From positions 1,056,001 to 1,120,000 of the forward strand of contig CAVZJB010000011.1 in the NCBI GenBank assembly GCA_963775425.1: DNA of 64,000 nucleotides, read 5' to 3'. Positions 61,401-64,000 of the stretch are shown piece by piece. The notes under the pieces were generated by a model. It saw nothing but the letters and a program-made list of their open reading frames with translations. It did not search any database and was not told the origin of the DNA. The position numbers and the translations under genes were made by a program. Source of the stretch: an uncultured delta proteobacterium. GTDB taxonomy: Bacteria; Myxococcota; UBA727; VGSZ01. The first letter of the stretch is position 1; every line of letters begins with the position of its first letter.

Positions 61401-62407
61401 CCGGCCTCGACGCTTCGCCCGTGGCGCTGCAGCTCGCCACCCAGCCGGATCCGTCCACGTTCGACCTCGGCTCGTACTCCGTCGTGGGCGTGCGCGTGCG
61501 CCAGGGTGGGCGCGAGCACTTCGCCATCGTCGACGGCAACGCGGTCCTGGATCAGCTCCCCGAGATCGCTCGCGGCGCGCGCGTGCTCGACCTTTCGCTC
61601 GCACCGCCGCGAGGCCCGGACGTCGACAAGCTCCTCACGGCCTTGCCGGACGACGTCCTCGACGACGCCGGCGTGCTGGTGCAGGTGGATCTCGCCAAGG
61701 CCAGGAAGAAGCCGACCCTCTCGGGGCTCGTCGTCGTCACCATCCCGCCCTCGAAGGCGGACGGCGCGCGGCGTGGCATCCGCCGGGCCACCCAGGATCA
61801 GCTCAAGCAGATCTTCGAGCGTTCGTTCACGGAGAGCCTGCCGGGGATCCAGGTCACCGAGGTGAAGACGCCCGGGCTCGATCTCGCGGGCACGCCCCTC
61901 CGTCTCGGCGCGAAGGTGACGGTGCCGCTGCCCGACACGGGCGACGTCAGCTCCCGCTTCGACCACCTGTTTTCGCACGGTGCGTCAGGCGGGCTTCAGT
62001 TGACGACGCCGCTCGGCGCGTATCTGCAGGTGGCCGATCGCAAGCAGCCGGTGCTCGTGTCCGCGGACAAGGAGGTGCTCGAGGTGCAGCTCTCGCTGCC
62101 GCCGACGTCGGCGTTCGTGGAGGCGCCGGAGCCGCTGTCCTTGAAGGCGGGGCCGTTCTCGCTCGAGCAGAAGGTGGAGATCGACAACGGCAAGCTGTAC
62201 TGGCGGCGCGAGATCGAGCAGAAGAACGCGCGCATCCCGGTCGACCAATGGGCCGGCGTCCGGGTGGCGCTGGCCGGCTTGTCCGCGCGCTCCGACGCGC
62301 GGCTCTCCTTCGTCGCGGGTGAAGGTAGGAGAAAGACCGACTCTGCCGCATCGGCTCGCACCGACGGACCGGATTCTCCGACGGGGACCGGCGCGGGCCG
62401 CAACTGA
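58421..62407 (+). CDS. TPR-DUF3857-like lipoprotein with a degenerate transglutaminase domain
   Basis: Lipobox VGGAC; RVIKPDG, LPQLTPGDIVE; GQGQRTPLFVALL where the paralog has GDCKDK; ATGA overlap with the upstream gene. Confidence 0.75.
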   Translation: MTPLHGAPLAGARRARAPRRLVRAAAVGLAFVLVGGACFGERRGLSRDGLLKALEDTASQPALPTVDELVSLRVPEPPPKPQEVDAQQPASPAARARLEAARGDLAKAEAAWSAGGAELWAHRCLVEGVLRRYDKLVDACSRFLDAAPGDARAPAAVRILGKARSGYERAGDIIAERGAGWVDACGNKKGAACADLALLVADGREIVARRQKDAKALEIAAQGSGRVRHADIEGPFHGDMRVLFARDLTGAPVTPHAPFFERFHDDDDDGVFDPSVRSEDGLYRMHFAGKGGGNAHVFVTSGHAVRVRVDGVVVAERFADLPAPSVVTAEVRLSPGTHLVDVSAWSTGRSDHIGVALLRDDGTPALVELPSGAARPARGAGAKLVARAPTVSPSTLAGGDAADVEALTRLLWQEVLARPPSFGADPDVERQIAAVLVSRFGWSPLALAVAAEAVGDDRSVPDRVASSAAARLWSLVRKAWPDHPVARIAEARDLRDERPDEALRAYRALVAAQPRYPFGQRELIDMALDDGLVDEARSSANALLAVDESADNLDAAISAYKAAGDEARAAALEEKRASLDASLTSAREARRLLNAGNTDEGLAALERAAHAERDSPALEEYVGLLALRSPSRALKAVDGALAQFPNDASLVVKKAELLEAAQGKDAARAFLVGALPRVRGSDRAARYAEELGVPPAWQARLALGDRVIAERRALSKEPFPGHPAVALLDDVERVIYEDDSSLKIRHLIIELRTKDVLNRFGEINTGGGRVIRLRVIKPDGTVVERERHRGVDDVSLPQLTPGDIVELLTVERDGPTGIGGSFETRALDGTATPALSRRYVLSFPAGWDKERGLDIVAQNGLAAPAPEPYVDGEGRKRTRYVFAVEGADGAEHEPFSPDASETARTAGFSWGVDLALWSRLRGITLEQAAAPNAWLAECARRIAGGGDDAQKLARIFAFVARRIEPAGSPDDATAVLATGQGQRTPLFVALLRAAGLDASPVALQLATQPDPSTFDLGSYSVVGVRVRQGGREHFAIVDGNAVLDQLPEIARGARVLDLSLAPPRGPDVDKLLTALPDDVLDDAGVLVQVDLAKARKKPTLSGLVVVTIPPSKADGARRGIRRATQDQLKQIFERSFTESLPGIQVTEVKTPGLDLAGTPLRLGAKVTVPLPDTGDVSSRFDHLFSHGASGGLQLTTPLGAYLQVADRKQPVLVSADKEVLEVQLSLPPTSAFVEAPEPLSLKAGPFSLEQKVEIDNGKLYWRREIEQKNARIPVDQWAGVRVALAGLSARSDARLSFVAGEGRRKTDSAASARTDGPDSPTGTGAGRN

Positions 62408-62515
62408 CGCGTTCTCGTCGGTCGCAATCGAGCGCACGGCGGTCAAACCCGTTAACCTCGGTCGACCGTTGGATGATCCCGATCGTTGCGGATCGGGTAG
62501 GAGTGCGTCTGCGAA

Positions 62516-64000
62516 GTGGCAGAGGGTAAGCCGTCCCCGCGCGACCCCCGGCCCCACAAACGAGGGCCGCCGAAGACGTCTACCCGCGTCCAGGGTGGGC
62601 GCGCGTCCGATGGAAAGCGAAAGGCCGCGCGGCGGGAGCCCGTGGACGAGATGGAGGGGCTGTTCGTCGACCCGGTCCCCGAGTCGAAGAAGAGCAAGGC
62701 GGCGCCGCGCGCCGCCGACCGCCGGCGCGAGCGAGGTCAGGCGCCGCCACCGGTGGGCGTGCGCGATACGCGCACATCGATGCCGCAGCGTGAGCGCGAG
62801 CGGGAACGCGAAGCGCAATCGCGCATGAGCGAGCTGAACCCCAAGTCGTTCGCGAAGTCCACGCTCACGTGCACGCGCGGACCCGAAGAAGGGCTGTCGC
62901 TCAACCTCATCGAAGGCTCGTACACCGTCGGGCGCGCACGCGAGAACAGCTTCGTCCTCAAGGACATCGCCGCCAGCCGCCGCCACCTGCGCATCGACGT
63001 CGACGGCCGCGGCGCGCGCGTCGTCGACCTCGGGAGCGGCAACGGCACGCGCGTGAACGGCAAGCGCATCGGCGAGCACGAGCTGCAGCACGGCGACCGC
63101 ATCGAGATCGGCGGCTCGGTGTTGCTCTATCAGGACAAGGGGAAGCCCAGCGTCGACGGCAACGGCAGCGGCGCCATCGACGACGCCCAGGCGCGCGTCA
63201 TCCGCGCCGCCGAGAAGCTCGCCGCCGAGCTGTCCGAGCGCATGCGCTTCGGCGAAGACTCCGACGTGGGCTTCGAGGACGGGCACATCGCCAAGACGCG
63301 CGCGCTGCCGCCCCAGTCGAAGAGCCTGGACGCGCCGCGGTCGAAGACGGTGAACCCGCAGAAGCTCTGGAAGGAGACCTTCACCAACCTCCCGCTCGAC
63401 AAGATCATCCCCGCCGACGAGCCGCTCCGCGGTCCGCGCGCGGCGGAGTCCGTGCAGGTCCCGCAGGCGCCGCAGGTGGCGCAGCGCGCGCCGCTGCCGC
63501 GCCCCCAGCCGCTCCCGGTGCCGCCGCCGCCCGACGACGAGCTCGATCTGTCGGGCTCGTCGGCGCGCGGCGGCTGGATGGTCTCGCTGCTCGTCACGCT
63601 CGTCGTGGTGCTCATCGGCAGCGCCGCCGTGCTCGGCGTGCTGCTGTTGACCCGGCATCGCGCCACCGCGGCGGAGCAGGCGCAGGAGGCGGTCACGCAG
63701 CAGGCGTTCGACGACTGGATGAGCAAGTCCGAGAAGGCGCTCGAGAAGGGCCAGTGGCAATTCGCGCTCGACTACGCCAAGGAGGCCGAGCGCCTCCGGC
63801 CCGGCGACAACGGCGCGGTGCGCTACGAGCACGAGGCGCAGCGACACATGAAGCATGCGCCTGCGCCTGCGCCGCCCGCGACCGCGCCGACGCCCGCGGC
63901 CGCGCCGCCGCCCACGGCCGTGCCGGCCGCGGCCGCGCCACCGCCGGCCACGGCGGAGCCGCCGCCCGCCAGCGTCGTCGAGCTGAAGCCCGCGCCTCCG
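62516..64000 (+). CDS. FHA-domain membrane protein, partial (runs off the window)
   Basis: Not in the ORF track. GTG 62516 with a TAGGAG RBS; TVGRARENSFVLKDIAASRRH..DLGSGNGTRVNG..LQHGDRIEIG; TM MVSLLVTLVVVLIG; TPR-like and Pro-rich tail. Confidence 0.8.
   Translation, partial: MAEGKPSPRDPRPHKRGPPKTSTRVQGGRASDGKRKAARREPVDEMEGLFVDPVPESKKSKAAPRAADRRRERGQAPPPVGVRDTRTSMPQREREREREAQSRMSELNPKSFAKSTLTCTRGPEEGLSLNLIEGSYTVGRARENSFVLKDIAASRRHLRIDVDGRGARVVDLGSGNGTRVNGKRIGEHELQHGDRIEIGGSVLLYQDKGKPSVDGNGSGAIDDAQARVIRAAEKLAAELSERMRFGEDSDVGFEDGHIAKTRALPPQSKSLDAPRSKTVNPQKLWKETFTNLPLDKIIPADEPLRGPRAAESVQVPQAPQVAQRAPLPRPQPLPVPPPPDDELDLSGSSARGGWMVSLLVTLVVVLIGSAAVLGVLLLTRHRATAAEQAQEAVTQQAFDDWMSKSEKALEKGQWQFALDYAKEAERLRPGDNGAVRYEHEAQRHMKHAPAPAPPATAPTPAAAPPPTAVPAAAAPPPATAEPPPASVVELKPAPP

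Overview
Very GC-rich bacterial DNA whose gene content looks Myxococcota-like (FHA proteins, an AgmX/PglI-type TonB-C domain, a tandem cNMP-TPR protein, a DUF3857 pair); the taxonomy is an inference. In order, the window holds: housekeeping genes (a phosphoesterase, trmB, a 5'-nucleotidase); a Wzy-type polysaccharide locus (6867-21875) with rmlA/C/B, interrupted by two paralogous GH25 lysozyme lipoproteins and ending in an unusual FHA-Wzc/GumC fusion with no BY-kinase; a speD-DUF4178-DUF350-membrane speE-amine oxidase operon; an internally deleted IS1182-like remnant; a MacAB-TolC-type exporter; and a probable accessory region (about 37.2-54.0 kb) ending at tRNA-Val(TAC). That region carries a phospholipase C-like gene, a cyclic beta-1,2-glucan synthase, a USP, a TetR, an atypical sigma54 activator and ParB-like debris. 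Two large TPR-DUF3857 transglutaminase-like genes and a partial FHA membrane protein close the window. Five apparent frameshifts are all +1 insertions converting GATC to GAATC/GATTC, most likely a methylation-linked sequencing artefact rather than true pseudogenes. Several genes appear to have leaderless promoters. All family calls come from motif recognition by eye; no database searches were run.
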